Assembly (NCBI RefSeq): GCF_036365525.1
Contig: NC_090387.1
Location: 18,445,766 to 18,509,765, forward strand
DNA: 64,000 nt
Source: Heterodontus francisci
Taxonomy: Eukaryota
Reading direction: 5' to 3'
A program made the translations under genes and the position numbers. Positions 26,196-38,774 of the stretch are shown in pieces (the first letter of the stretch is position 1; each line of letters starts with the position of its first letter). The notes under the pieces are model-generated. The model saw nothing but the letters and a program-made list of their open reading frames with translations, did not search any database and was not told the DNA's origin.

Positions 26196-27364
26196 ACGTT
26201 TCTCTTAGGTTCTGACCATCTCTCGGCCAAGCATCCTGTGGAAATTCCAGATGTGAACATTTGCCAGCTTTTTCTGATGATGACGGACCCTTTTCAAAGC
26301 ATTGTCCCTCTGTTGTGATTGCTGAGTAAACTGACACTTGCTTCATGAAATCTCCTCTTCACTCTTAGTGTAAACATATGAGTCGGGTCTGCTGACCAGG
26401 ATTACAGGAGAAGCCTGCAGGTTCACTGCAGCTAAACAACAGCAACTCTTACTCTTGTGCGTCTGATGAAGGGCAGATCCAAGTTGGCCATGGTTTGCGG
26501 GAATGACTGCTCCGCGTGGGCTTGGAAAAGGAGCAGGTGGTGGCTACCATTGCACTTGAGGCTTTCCGGGATCAGTGGGCACTGCAGAGACTCATTGTCG
26601 ACACGGGTGGCAAAGCTATTATTTCATTTGTTAAGTTTCCTCTGGTTTCTTTTACGATTCGGGTTTCTGTTAGCTGTGCCCCACTAAAAAATGGAGCACT
26701 GCTTTACATTTGTTTTGGTTTGATGACCCCAGGGACAAAGAGGCATCTGGTGAAGAGTAAGCAAGAACTCCCAACAGTGGGGAAGGAGAATATCACAGAA
26801 TCACAGAATTGTTATAGTGCAGAAGGAGGCCACTCAGCCCATTGTGTCTGCACTGGCTCTCTGAAAGAGTGATTCACTTAGTGCCATTCCACCACCTTCT
26901 CCCCGTAACCCTGCAATTTCTTCCTTTTCATATAGCAGTCTAATTCCCTGTCTTCACCACACTCTCCAGACGTTAACATATAACATTTAATATAGACAAC
27001 TTCCAAGAGCTCTGCAATAATTACAGAGCTTGTGTCAAAATCTATTCTGCTCCAGAGACTGCAGTGGCACATTACATCGTGCCACACTGGGCTGAATAAT
27101 GGATGGATGAATGAACAAATATCTGGACCAACCCAAACCATCATTAGACATGATACAGTTTCCCCCCAGGGGAAAGTATTCCTCATTTAATGATGGGTTC
27201 AGAGACTTGGCAGCTGTATATCAGCCCTTAGATACAAAGTACTTTTTAAATACTGCTAATTAGTATTTCCCATTTTTATCCTCCCCCTCCCTTCAGTTAC
27301 CTGTCCCCAAGGCATTCTGCTCATTTTGGTTGACAGAACTGTTGAACTCACAGAAATATCTTTC

Positions 27365-29210
27365 AATACATAGGAACATAGCAACAGGATGAGGCCATTT
27401 AGCCCCTCGAGCCTGTTCCACCATTCAATGAGACCACAGCTGATCTGCGGCCTAACTTCACATACCCGATTTTGCCCCCTTAATACCTTTGGTTGACAAA
27501 AATCTATCAGTCTCAGTTTTAAAATTAATCTTCCAATCTTCGTTCGATACAGGACGAGGGGAACAGAGTGGCTCCAGATGACTGGAAAATTGTGCATGTT
27601 ACACCTTCGCTCAAAAAAGGGTCTAAAGATAAACCTAGCAACTACAGGCCTGTCATAGAACCATAGAAAAGTTGCGGCACAGAAAGAGGCCTTTCAGCCC
27701 ATCATGTCTGTGCCGGCTGAAAAAACTAGCTGCCCAATCTAATCCCACCTTCCAGCACCTGGTCCGTAGCCTTGCAGGTTACAGCACTTCAGGTGCAGGT
27801 CCAGGTACTTTTTAAAAGTGTTGAGGATTTCTGCCTCCATCACCGATCCAGGCAGTGAATTCCAGACACCCACCACCCTCTGGGTGAAAAAGTTTTTCCT
27901 CATCTCCGCTCTAATCCTTCTACCAATCACCTTAAATCTGTCAGTCTAACATTGGTGGTGGGAAAGCTTTTAGAGACAATAATCTGGGACAAAATTAACA
28001 GTCACTTGGATGTGTGGATTAATTAGGGAAAGTCAGCACAGATTTGCTAAAGGCAAATCATGTTTAACTAACTTGATTGAGTTTTTTGATGAAGTAACAG
28101 GGAGGGTTAATGTGGCTGATGTGTTGTACACGGACTTCCAAAATGCATTTTATAAAGTGCCACATAACAGCAAAGTTGAAGCTCGTGGAATAAAAGGTAC
28201 AGCAGCAACAAGGATACGAAGCTGGCTGAGTAACAGGAAACAGAGAGTAGTGGTGAACGTTCTTTTTTAGACTGGAGGAAGGTATATAGTGGGGTCACCT
28301 AGGGGTCAGTACGAGGATCACTGCTTTTCTTGATTAATGACCCAGACTTGGGTATAGAGGGAACAATTTCAAAATTTGAAGATGACACAAAACGTGGAAG
28401 TATTTTGAACTGTGAGAGGAGGGTTGTGGTAGGTTTCAAGAAGACATAGATAGGCTGGTGGAATGGACAGGCACATGGCAGACGAAATTTAACGCAGAGA
28501 AGAGTGAAGTGGTACATTTCGGTAGGGAGAATGAGGAGAGGCAATAAAAAATAAAGGGCACAATTCTAAAGGGGGTGCAGGAACAGAGAGACCTGGGCGT
28601 ATATGTGCACAAATCGGTGAAGATGGCAGGGCAGATTGGGAAAGTGGTTAATTATGCATACAGGATCCTGGACTTTATAAATAGAGGCATAGAAGCAAAT
28701 AGGTTATGATGAACTTTTATAAATACAATCAGAACTTTCAAAAGGGAATTGGAAAAGAACTTGGAGAAAAGAATTTGCAGGGCTACAGGGATAGGGTGGT
28801 GGAGTGGGGGCTCGCTGAGTCGGGGATAGGGTGGTGGAGTGGGGGCTCGCTGAGTCGGGGATAGGGTGGTGGAGTGGGGGCTAGCTGAGTTGGGGATAGG
28901 GTGGTGGAGTGGGGGCTAGCTGAGTTGGGGATAGGGTGGTGGAGTGGGGCTAGCTGAGTTGCTCTTGCAGAGAGCCAGCACAGACACTATGGGCCAAATG
29001 GCCTCCTTTGCTGTAACCATTCTATGATTCTAAAATTTACATTTGATCTAGCATCAGTTGCTGTTCGTGGAAGGGAGTTCCAAAATTCCACCACCCTTTG
29101 TGCGTAGAAGTGTTTCCGAATTTCACTATTGAAAGGTCTGGCTCTAATTTTTAGACTATGCCCCCCAATCTTAGACTCCCCAACCAGCAGAAATAGTTTC
29201 TCTCTGTCAG
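27365..29210. mobile_element. Cluster of nested CR1 fragments (+ RT ~27545-28720, - inserts at 27655-27940 and 29020-29210)
   Basis: ORF 28010..28270 (QHRFAKGKSCLTNLIEFF), 27739..27930 and 28987..29307 (FTQRVV/WNSLP). Confidence 0.75.
28788..28960 (+). repeat. 35-bp G-rich minisatellite, 5 copies (GGGATAGGGTGGTGGAGTGGGGGCTMGCTGAGTYG)
   Basis: ATAGGGTGGT recurs at 28791, 28826, 28861, 28896, 28931. Confidence 0.95.
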
Positions 29211-29281
29211 TTCCCGTACTCCTTCTCGTTTGGCACAGGTTCAGTGTCAGGAAGGTTTGCCTAATTCTCTGTTTGATCAAA

Positions 29282-29287
29282 TTTATT
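29282..29287 (-). terminator. Candidate proximal polyadenylation signal for CIBAR2
   Basis: TTTATT on + (AATAAA on -) ~300 nt past the stop codon. Confidence 0.3.
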
Positions 29288-29592
29288 TCCCATCCATCCT
29301 GGGTCACTCAGAGCTGCAAAACTGGTTCCCTAACCCAATGGGGGAAAGAATGAATGTTAAGAACAACATATGATTTGAAAACGTAGAGTTCAGTGCTCTG
29401 CGGTCTATCCCCTTTTAGAGACTCCATCCAATTGTTGATTGGACAGTTTCTAGACTCTACAGCTACCAATGGTATCATTGACAAATGGTTTGGTTTGGCC
29501 TCAACACTAATTTACTCATCTCACTTCCAGAAGCAGTCATTTGGAAAATAATATTGCAAAGTGGGCTCTGCTTTCCGTCAGTAATAAATAAT

Positions 29593-29733
29593 TCATTTTC
29601 TAATTTTTGCATATTGATCGTACTCATCATCACTGACTTCCTCTAACTCTTCAATTTCATCCTCCTCTTCTTCCTCTTCCCCTGGCTCCTCTTCCTGAAA
29701 ATGAGCATGAAGAGTCCTTGATGGAGTCCGGAG
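29593..29733 (-). CDS. CIBAR2: CIBAR2 terminal coding exon LRTPSRTLHAHFQEEEPGEEEEEEDEIEELEEVSDDEYDQYAKIRK*
   Basis: ttaatgtcactgcag acceptor, open phase-0 frame, acidic tail, TGA at 29595-29593; an in-frame internal acceptor (cattttcag|GAA) is also possible. Confidence 0.78.
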   Translation of the reverse strand, partial: LRTPSRTLHAHFQEEEPGEEEEEEDEIEELEEVSDDEYDQYAKIRK

Positions 29734-30100
29734 CTGCAGTGACATTAAGAGTTTAATTACGGAAGTAAGTTGCAGTGAGAATCACTATGAACAAATGCAG
29801 ATTAGGGTTTTGCACTTTAAGCACAAAGGTCTTAAAATTACATTATGCAAATATTGATGGACAAAATCTGAAGTTGTGCAGTTAAAATGACATGGTCTGT
29901 TACTTTAAACATTTAAAAATAAATGATTTGAATTTTATTTGAATGCTTTCAGCTTTTGTATTCTAATATTGACACTGTGCAACTTAAAAGCCAAAGACTT
30001 TGGTAGATTCCCAACTGATTCCTTGTGATGTATTTGTATCACTTGCAGTGAGAAAGGTGTTTCTGAATGAGCTTGTAAATGCTGATTTGTTTTTACATCA

Positions 30101-30850
30101 GTCAGATTTTGCAGTCAGTGGCTAAGTGACACTGCTCATCGCTGACCTTGCAGAAAGCTGCCTGCAAAGATCTAGCAATCTCCAAGGCAAGGATTTCCCC
30201 TTTCCCAAAGTCAGCTTGAATCCGACGCCAAGTCATGGGAATTGCCAGGTGACCAGTAACAGTGAAGTCATCTAGCGAGGTAAGCAGCGAATCACATTGA
30301 AACATTCTCACACACAGCAAACCAGGAAGTAAAATGCTCCGAATTTTTCTCTTTCAATTAACATTTTAAAAGGGACAAAATAAATCATTGGTACGTACAC
30401 ATGGAATTAAAGTAGAAACTGAAATAAAATAAACAAACTTGTAAAAAATTTATTTTAAAATGTGAATTTTTATTATAATGGTGAAATTGGACACGCCACA
30501 AATATAAAATTAGTTTTCCGGGGCCAGTGAGATTGTTTCGTAATAACTGTGAACTTAGTATACCATTAAAAACCCAGTTACATCTATTTCAATAAGGTGT
30601 AATATCTTCCAGGGTTTTTATAATGAGACTAATAGCGACAAGTTCTCAGTTCTGTGATTCTACTTAATTGCAGTCTGGGGGGTTTCAACAATACAGCCTG
30701 TGGGGAAGTATAGAATCACTGACAGCAACTTCTGGATTTCTATGTTGAACTGCATGTTTGCGGACTCCAGAAGTTGCTTCCAGTTTCAGAGGACTAATGA
30801 TGGCAAACGCTGACCAGTTTCTCCACAATTACTACTGCAAAATCCAAGCC
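30101..30850. mobile_element. AT-rich non-autonomous DNA transposon-like element
   Basis: Imperfect TIRs gattttgcagt…actgcaaaatc. Confidence 0.45.
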
Positions 30851-31574
30851 ATTATCTAAGATTTTGGTATTCTATCTGGAATCTTTGAATCTCCAAACTG
30901 CGTTAATCTGAAACAAGTCTAAGTATCTGAAAAACAAATGCTGTTGAAGTTTGTGTAGAAAACTCTAATAGAATTTGGTATCTGTTTATTCAAAGGGAAT
31001 GCAGACCTGTCAGCTCTCCCTCACTTATTTTGTCTTAAAAGTAATTGCAGCTCCTTTGGGGAAAATTTCTGTTGTGAAGCTATTGGCGTTGGAAAATTGT
31101 GAACTAATTCTTTAGTCAGAAGATTGAGGGTCCAAATCCCACAGAGCTGGTGCAGACTCGATGCGTCACATGGTTTCCTTATGTACTGTACAATTCTATG
31201 ATTCAATGATTTACACTGGGTCCATATGATCTCTTGGATTGGTTTCTATTGCCTGAGGGGGGCCAGAGAGGAATTTTTCAGAGTATTTTTTCCCCTTATT
31301 GGCCCTGGGTTTATTTTCTCTCTTTTTGCCTCTCCCAGGAGTTTACCTGGCTGCGAAAGGGAGAGAGAGAAAGAAGTGTTCAGTTCTGATGCTTCTGCCA
31401 TCATGGTGTGGCAGAGGCTTGATGGATCAGCTGGTCTTTTCCTGCCTGTCAATTTTGTACAATCGTATGATTTTCATTAATTTTGTGCTGCGCTAAATTA
31501 CTTGCCTGACTCATATTCCACTGCCAGTTGATTAACTCGGAAGAAAAGTTTGAAATAGTTCAAAGACATGTTAC

Positions 31575-31673
31575 CTGGCTGCCTGGGGATTGTTGTAAGG
31601 TTGAGCTGCTGTGGGCCTGAGATGGACGTGCGTCATTTTCAAATTCACTGATGCAGACCTTTGCCCTAAATGC
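31575..31673 (-). CDS. CIBAR2: CIBAR2 exon 8 (99 nt) AFRAKVCISEFENDARPSQAHSSSTLQQSPGSQ
   Basis: tttttcacag acceptor, gtaaca donor; FRAK start and …QSxxSQ end as in FAM92B. Confidence 0.87.
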
Positions 31674-33434
31674 CTGTGAAAAAGAAATTCACATACAACA
31701 GGGTTGAAAAATAATTGAAAGTGACTGGCTGAGAGGGGCGTTGTGGAGGACTGTGGAATATGCTTGAGGGGCTGAATGGCCTCTACCTTTGTTCCTATGT
31801 TGACTGGTGAGCCGCTCGCCTCCTTGCTGCAGGAAAGTGTCTTTGGAAATGAGGAGAACTCTTACCCACCCTGCATACTAGGTATGTCCTCTGGGGCAAC
31901 TAGAGTGTAGTGCTGGCCATACTTTCAGAAAGGTTGAATGAAATGGTCGAAGGAAGACAATCAGAGGTGAGTGTAGCGGGGAGGAAACGAGAGGGTAAAG
32001 ATTTCCTACCTGCAAATGTAAATTTCTGGGATTCTGCGGCTCCCAGATAGCCTGAAATCCTGAGCTCTGATGTTTACAATGGAGCTGCTCCATGAGAACA
32101 ATGTCTTCAGTGATGTTACCAGGGTGACCTAGCAGGGAAGGTGCTTTTATTAATGTCCTGGATATAGCTTTTGGGGCACAATTTTGAAATTTGCAGATGA
32201 CACTAAGAATTGCTTTCCGATTGATCTTGTGTTAGCAGATTGGGTTCTTGACTGATAACACTGCGCTTTTCCAAATTAAACATAATTTGCCAGTCACGAA
32301 CCCAATCTCCAATTATATTTAATTTGGAAAAGTGCAGTGTTATGCACGTGGGCATAGTGAATGTTCAACATTTAGGGAAAAGCATTAAATAATGTGGAGG
32401 AAGATAGAGATCTGGATGTTCTATTGCATAGATCTCTGAAGGTTCATTAGCAATGGTATGTCGTGATAGAGCAAAGAGGGTGTCGGACACATTCAAAAGA
32501 AAATTGATTATAAGACAAGGCATACTGTTTTGTCCTTGTACAAGATCTTGGTCAGGCTTCACCTGGAATACTGTATCCAGTTTTAATCCCTCAAATGGTG
32601 AGTGATATTAAGACTTCAGAAAGGGTGCAAAGATGAGCCATTAAACTAATTCCCAGTATAAAGCTTGTTGGTTATCAAGATAGGCTAAAAGAGTTGGGAC
32701 TCTACACTTTAGAGAAGTGTCAATTTAGGGGTGATCTGATTGGGGTTTATAAGATGATGAAAGGAATAGATTGTCTTCCAGTTTGTGCCAATTAAATGAA
32801 TTATTCCAATGCATTCCTGGCTGGTCCAAATTATTTTCCCCCAATTGGCCTGGATCTCCCAGGGGATGACATGACTTTTGGGTGGGGTGTTGTGTATTTA
32901 CTGTGAAGGTATCACAATTGTGTGGGACAGGTTGGATGGAGCAGAGGGACTTTTCCTGTTTGACATTGTTCACCTGAGACCCAACTTAAAGTCCCTCTGC
33001 TGGTTTATTCAATTTTTTTAGAAATATGTCAAACCTCTTCTGAGTTTCTTTCGTTATAAAGTGGGAAATAAATTGAATGAGAAGGACGTCTGCCTAGATT
33101 AGAAGATAAATCCTTTCCAATATGATGTTTCAAGCTTCTACTACACCAATTCACACGCACATGGAAGTTGTTGTCACCACCAAACCTTGCAGTGTGAGAG
33201 TAGTAAGACATGGTGGTGAGCTGTGCCATAATTTTCACCTTTGATTCCAAGCAGCAGGGTTACCTAACCACTCCTTGTCTTGTTTTTGTCTTCTACTCTT
33301 TTCAGCCTTGGCAATGCCATTCTCTATGAGCTTTTGTTTTTCATCTAGATGTTTTATCCTAGGCTCGGCTACTTGTAAATCTGTCTGCTGCATATTTTTT
33401 ACTAGGACCGAACTCAAGTTACTTCCACTCGTAC

Positions 33435-33548
33435 CACCAGATCTTTCTCTTCATCAAAGTTGTTCAGGTGATGGAAGGCATTTGTGTACATCTCAAGTGC
33501 TTTGGCATGGAATGTCATCTCGACTGTCACAAAATTTGAGAAAATAGC
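33435..33548 (-). CDS. CIBAR2: CIBAR2 exon 7 (114 nt) [38 protein letters not shown]
   Basis: ttattcatag acceptor, gtacga donor; FAM92 FxTIEMxFHxKAxExY motif. Confidence 0.94.
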
Positions 33549-34013
33549 CTATGAATAAAAAGAAAGAAAATGATTTGAGTTTTGCAAAGGGAATCATGCT
33601 GCAATGACCAAGCACGGACTTGATGACTCCGTCTCTGTTCTGGAACTATCACAAGACCCTTGTTCTAATGGTGGATTGGACTCCCTTTGGGAATTGCAAC
33701 TGTTGGCAATGCTGTTACAGTGGAACCTACAAGCAGAGTTAGGCCAATTAGGTGCGGTAGCACTAAGAATGAAAAGAGAGGAGGTAGTTTAGGAAGTGGT
33801 GCTTTGATGCCATGAAACTTTGGTTTTAAAGACCTAAAGATCATAGAATAAAGGGAGACTAAGGGAGGGAAGGGGTTCTTCAGTTTGAGGTCCTCAGAAA
33901 GATTAAGTTCAAGTAGCAACCTGAGAATGGCGTGAGACAAGAGAAGGCCTGAAAGAAAGGTAGGAAACTGAGACATAATTTATGAATAAATAAATCAACT
34001 CCAATCTTCATAC

Positions 34014-34118
34014 CTTAATATCCTTCATTTTTTGTTGCTGAAATTTAAAAATGATCTCCTCCAGCTGATGTGTGGTGTGATTGACATCAACTGAAGCCTT
34101 CTGCACATTGGCTTCAGC
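34014..34118 (-). CDS. CIBAR2: CIBAR2 exon 6 (105 nt) AEANVQKASVDVNHTTHQLEEIIFKFQQQKMKDIK
   Basis: ttccttccctag acceptor, gtatga donor; FAM92 LEE…FxxQKxKD motif. Confidence 0.93.
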
Positions 34119-35229
34119 CTAGGGAAGGAAACCAATGCTCACATTCAGTTAGATATGATAACAAGGAGGCAACAAATTCGCTTTTGTATGAAACGTACAC
34201 TGCACTCCAAGGGTGATGAAGGGGTGACATGCAAAAAGAAATGCAAGTTTCACTGAAATTAAATAGGTGAGCCACTACATTCCTCAAAAGCACAGAAAAC
34301 ATGCATAATGTAACCAGGTTTCTGGAGTACAGTCTCTTCTCCAGTTGGGTCTCTTGTGTGTTGAAACTGTATCACGTACAGATTTTGAAGCCATTTCCAA
34401 TCAAATACAGCATCAACTAGAAAGGTATCTGAATGAGCATTGAGCCTGAAGGCAGTGTTACTAACTCATTGTTGATGGTGACGAGCACAATCTACGTCTT
34501 GCTCAAGAGTCACATTAAAGAAAGCTGGAGTGGTAGGACAAAGGCCTACACCCTGCTTTCCATTACACTGAGCTCCTGATTTCAAATTTATCACTGTGTC
34601 AGATCAGCCATGATCTAATTGAATGGTGGAACAGACTCGAAGGGCTGAATGGCCTACTCTTGTTCTTGCATTCTTAAGTCACCATAATGCCAGAGTTATA
34701 TTGTGACTGCTGAAAAATCTATCACAATGCATGAAACATGCTGTGCTTTGTGACAATGGAATAGTCAATCAAAGATCATAGATGAGGCAAAAGAGGGAAG
34801 GATGGAGCAGTCCTTTAAACACTAGACCTGGGAGCCTGTGGCTGAATCGACTGGGAAGAATGGGATGAACTTTCCTCGCTTATTGGCTGTAAGACATCAC
34901 TGGGTCAAAATCCTGGTATTCGCTGCTTAATAGCACTGTGGGAGTACCTTCATCACATGGACTGCAGCGATTCAAGAAGAAGACAAACCACTGCCTTCTC
35001 AAGAGCAACTAGGGATGGACAATAAATGCTGGCCTTGCTACTGTTGCCCATATCCCCAAAATCACTTTTTTTTCAAGTTTTCAATATAAAGTCAGCTGAA
35101 GCATTTTCGCTCAGTTCTCCATGAGCATGAGATCATAATACAAAACTGTTCACAATCAATTTTATCTGCCACACTTCTAAGCACTGATTCATTTTATTCA
35201 GAGAAAATTGCAGGATATGTGTTGTGAGA

Positions 35230-36435
35230 AGGGCTGCAGATGTCATATACATGGACTTCAGTAAGGCGTTTGATAAGGTTCCCCATGGTAGGCTGATGGA
35301 GAAAGTGAAGGCGCATGGGGTCCAAGGTGTACTAGCTAGATGGATAAAGAACTGGCTGGGCAACAGGAGACAGAGAGTAGCAGTGGAAGGGAGTTTCTCA
35401 AAATGGAGACGTGTGACCAGTGGTGTTCCACAGGGATCCATGCTGGGACCACTGTTGTTTGTGATATACATAAATGATTTGGAGGAAAGTATAGGTGGTC
35501 TGATTAGCAAGTTTGCAGACGACACTAAGATTGGTGGAGTAGCAGATACTGAAGGGGACTGTCAGAGAATACAGCAGAATATAGATAGATTGGAAAGTTG
35601 GGCAGAAAAATGGCAGATGGAGTTCAATCAGGGCAAATGCGAGGTGATGCATTTTGGAAGATCCAATTCAAGAGTGAACTATACAGTAAATGGAAAAGTC
35701 CTGGGGAAAATTGATGTACAGAGAGATTTGGGTGTTCAGGTCCATTGTTCCCTGAAGGTGGCAACGCAAGTCAATAGAGTGGTCAAGAAGGCATACGGCA
35801 TGCTTTCCTTCATCGGACGGGGTATTGAGTACAAGAGTTGGCAGGTCATGTTACAGTTGTATAGGACTTTGGTTCGGCCACATTTGGAATACTGCGTGCA
35901 GTTCTGGTCGCCACATTACCAAAAGGATGTGGATGCTTTGGAGAGGGTGCAGAGGAGATTCACCAGGATGTTGCCTGGTATGGAGGGTGCTAGCTATGAA
36001 GAGAGGTTGAGTAGATTAGGATTATTTTCATTAGAAGGACGGAGGTTGAGGGGGGACCTGATTGAGGTGTACAAAATCATGAGAGGTATAGACAGAGTGG
36101 ATAGCAAGAAGCTTTTTCCCAGAGTGGGGGATTCAATTACAAGGGGACACGAGTTCAAAGTGAAAGGGGAAAAGTTTAGGGGGGATATGCGTGGAAATTT
36201 CTTTACGCAGAGGGTGGTGGGTGCATGGAACGCTTTGTCAGCGGAGGTGGTAGATGCGGGCACGATAGCGTCTTTTAAGATGTATCTAGACAGATACATG
36301 AATGGGCAGGAAGTAAAGAGATACAGACCCTTAGAAAATAGGCGACAGGTTTAGATAGAGGATTTGGATCGGCGTAGGCTTGGAGGGCCGAAGGGCCTGT
36401 TCCTGTGCTGTAATTTTCTTTGTTCTTTGTTCTTT
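35230..36435 (+). mobile_element. 5'-truncated young CR1-clade LINE with an uninterrupted 376-aa RT C-terminal ORF
   Basis: ORF 35224..36354 with [43 protein letters not shown]; 3' tail (tttgttc)n. Confidence 0.95.
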
Positions 36436-38016
36436 GAGAAATGGATAAACTGCACAGCACCAATGCAACCTGAGTAATCAAACACAATGCACAAGTGCAG
36501 ACTGCACAATCCAAATTCAGCTCAAAGTCACAGGTCTGGACCGAAATATTGAGCCAATTTGGAGGATAAATGTAATCATGTTATTGTGTAATATTAAACC
36601 CTTATTTAGACATCAAGAAAGTTATTTAAGTGATTTGTGGGAACCCAATGGGCAGATTGTGCAATCACAGGATGATATACTCTCACTGTAAAATAGCAGC
36701 TACTGCGTGTTACACAGAATGACACTTCCAACATTGGGAAGGCCCATCACAGCATCACTTAGAGGAATAACAGATAGTGCCGCTTCTTATAATGGACCTT
36801 CAATGAAATGCATGCCCCATATATATATATATAAGACCTTTGGGACCTCCTGAGTTTGTGAAAGGCGCTTACAAAAATGCAAATGCTTTCTTTTTCTTTA
36901 TATACATATTATTTGAAAATTCTTGCATGTAGGCTACACTTCCTGTAACTATTGACTTACTCCCTGTAACACCTCCACATCAAACTCTTCTTACTGACCA
37001 TGAGCAACACCATGGGAGATCTGCCAGTGTGCACATATATAAATGACAATGAACTGCAGCATCACAAACTTGATGACAGTGATGTATCTGACATCTACTT
37101 ACCTCTGCCAAGGCAGACTATAAAAATTAGTCAGAAAGTTTGTATATTATTGACTGATCTTTCAATTTGTTAAAGAACTCCAGGAAAACAGCCATATTAC
37201 ATATCCAGAAATTAACGCTTGTCACGTTGGGTAATGTTAAGTGCTGGGGCAAGGAAACATTTTCCCATTTCCATTAAGAAGGGGATTGTAGTCCTGGTTA
37301 GTATGTGGTCAGACAATCAAATTTATTTATTCCTACGTCATTTTCATATTATCACAAAGCTTACTATTGCAATATAAGGTATATATGTACCATAATTACC
37401 AGCTGTAGCCTGACTTCAGCTGATTTCTATTGATTAGCAGGGTTGTATTGCAAGTTAGACACTGTGCTGAACTAGTCAGTTGGTTTCTGAAGCCTAGCCT
37501 CTGTGGTCATTCTTTGTGTGTGAGCCTAGACAGCCAAAATCGGCAGGTATTCCACTGAGGAACACATCACATTTCAGCACATTCCTGACTTCACTCAACA
37601 GCCATTAAAAATGCCTTTTTCTTGCTAGATGGTCACAGGACAGTGATTAGGAGTGGGATCCTGGCTGCATTTTCCTCTCCTAAACCTAAGTGTATTGGAA
37701 ATCATTGCAGCACCATAATACATATCCTAGCTGCAATCAGCTAACTCAACACAGATCAGGGGTCAAACCTGAGTCTTTCAAACTTGCATAGGTGAATACC
37801 ACATTGAACAGTATATTTGCTGACTAGGCAGTCAGGGGAATTAAGATGTGTGGTCTTTAATCATTACTACACCCCATAGGTACAGCCACCTGTTCACATC
37901 CATTAAAACAATCTGTTCAGGGATCAAAACATGTCAAATTACATGATAAATAGTATTAGTCAATCTTTAAAACCATTTTCGTTTTCAAGCTGATTGGAAG
38001 CTTAAAAGGTACTTAC

Positions 38017-38022
38017 CAGTGA
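38017..38022 (-). CDS. CIBAR2: CIBAR2 exon 5, 6-nt microexon TCACTG (Ser-Leu)
   Basis: Minus strand reads tttttCCTTAACtgactttcccAG|TCACTG|gtaagt: U12 branch point, AG, perfect U2 donor. Supplies the two residues between …PSDRxxI and AE… seen in FAM92 proteins. Confidence 0.85.
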
Positions 38023-38774
38023 CTGGGAAAGTCAGTTAAGGAAAAAAAAACAAAAGGATAAGATAACTATTTCTAATTTCACTTACACTCCCTTGAGGAT
38101 ATGTCCAAAACTTGCATACCTACACAAAATGTAAAATGTTTCATTTGGGTGTACAATGTAATCCATACCAACTTACTGTTCTTGTATAATGTGTGATCAC
38201 AAATAGATATCTAAAAAAGAGACATGAAAATGAAAAATGGCATTGGGCTCTGATCGCATTTGGGATGGCAGTATTATCTGAGTTACACCCTGACACCACA
38301 GTTATAGTTGGCAGGATATTCAACCTCAGAGAGCATTATACCCCAGCACAATCCTGACTTCATGCATCAGCCATTAAAAAATGCCTTTTTCCTGCTCCAT
38401 GGCCACTAGATGATGATTAGGAACGGGAGTTCTGGCTGCTTTTCTCTCTCCGAAGCCTAAGGGTAGTGGGGACCAATGCAGCATCCCAGCACATATCCCA
38501 GTCCATTTGCCTGGTCACTTTTAGACCTATGGTAAGATGGTTGATGCTTTTATTTTCTTCACACTAATTTTTCACCCAACAATTGTCTTCCCTGCTGAAA
38601 GCTGTGATTCCATGCTGAAGGGCAGTTCCATGGTGGCCATTTATCCACTGGCCGTTAACAGTGATTGTTCTCAATCAATTGGGATTGCGGAAGAACAACA
38701 GAAGCAAGCCTGATAATACTGTCCTCGCCCAACAGCCACATACACACGCTTGCAACAGGGATAGTGCATACCTT

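Noticed and set aside
28788-28960. 35-bp periodic repeat as CRISPR
   Set aside because: The units are head-to-tail with no unique spacers, so it is a minisatellite.
33029-33417. Protein-like minus-strand ORFs in CIBAR2 intron 7 (…KHLDEKQKLIENGIAKAEKSRRQKQDKE…)
   Set aside because: Out of frame with exon 7 (read-through stops after 6 codons). Any acceptor would leave an intron under 50 nt, the nearby donor has the wrong phase for exon 8, and I recognise no homology.
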